DNA of 64,000 nt from Octopus sinensis. Taxonomy: Eukaryota. This document shows, piece after piece, positions 63,703-64,000 of this stretch (the first letter of the stretch is position 1; every line of letters starts with the position of its first letter). Location of the stretch: contig NC_043006.1 in the NCBI RefSeq assembly GCF_006345805.1, positions 97,960,001 through 98,024,000 on the forward strand, in the 5' to 3' direction. Under the pieces are notes generated by a model, which did no database searches, was not told the DNA's origin, and worked only from the letters and a program-made list of their open reading frames with translations. Made by a program: the position numbers and the translations under genes.

Positions 63703-64000
63703 AGAGGAATATTCCAGGGAGACACGCTCTCTCCACTCCTTTTCTGCTTGGCACTGTCACCTCTATCTGATATGTTAAATAGAACTGGATGCGGATATAA
63801 ATGTTACGGCAAAACGATCAGCCACCTTTTATATATGGATGACCTAAAAATATACGCTGCAAATGACAAACAGCTGGAAACACTATTAAAGACAGTTCAT
63901 GGATTTACCAAAGAAATAGATATGAAATTTGGATTAGAAAAATGCGCCAAAGTAGCCCTGAAAAGAGGAAAACTAGTTAAGAGTAGCTACATCGCACTAG
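63703..64000 (+). mobile_element. 5'-truncated Dong/R4-clade LINE, intact RT frame running off the window
   Basis: RGIFQGDTLSPLLFCLALSPLSDMLNRTGCGYKCYGKTISHLLYMDDLKIYAANDKQLETLLKTVHGFTKEIDMKFGLEKCAK..., no stop in 99 codons. Confidence 0.92.

Overview
AT-rich, repeat-saturated eukaryotic DNA. The SINE families, LINE clades and long (TA)n/(TAA)n/(TCTA)n tracts match what I recall of Octopus (coleoid cephalopod) genomes; this is an inference, no search was run. No host gene, rRNA, intact tRNA gene or CRISPR array can be supported. Nearly all ORFs in the supplied track are read-throughs of microsatellites, SINEs or decayed transposons. A few weak exon candidates exist; the best is 48547-48840 (minus). 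Mobile DNA includes more than 20 tRNA-derived SINE copies with shuffled modules, CR1/L2-group and Dong/R4-clade LINE pieces, a Penelope-like GIY-YIG fragment, a mariner remnant with a related MITE, and Helitron-like non-autonomous elements. The most striking signal is a set of short, non-coding, fold-back (head-to-head inverted) elements, mostly inserted in (TA)n tracts, that carry type I hammerhead ribozyme folds with palindromic helix III. Three folds have canonical cores (a 301-bp perfect inverted repeat holds two identical copies at 14126-14215 and 14591-14680; another is at 18286-18363). Three have variant cores: a G3:C8 compensatory swap (53618-53667), U4C (53414-53460) and A6U (38279-38314). 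Several decayed copies are also present. These look like several distinct non-autonomous families derived from Penelope-like termini. All folds were worked out by hand and ribozyme activity is untested. SINE and LINE boundaries are approximate.
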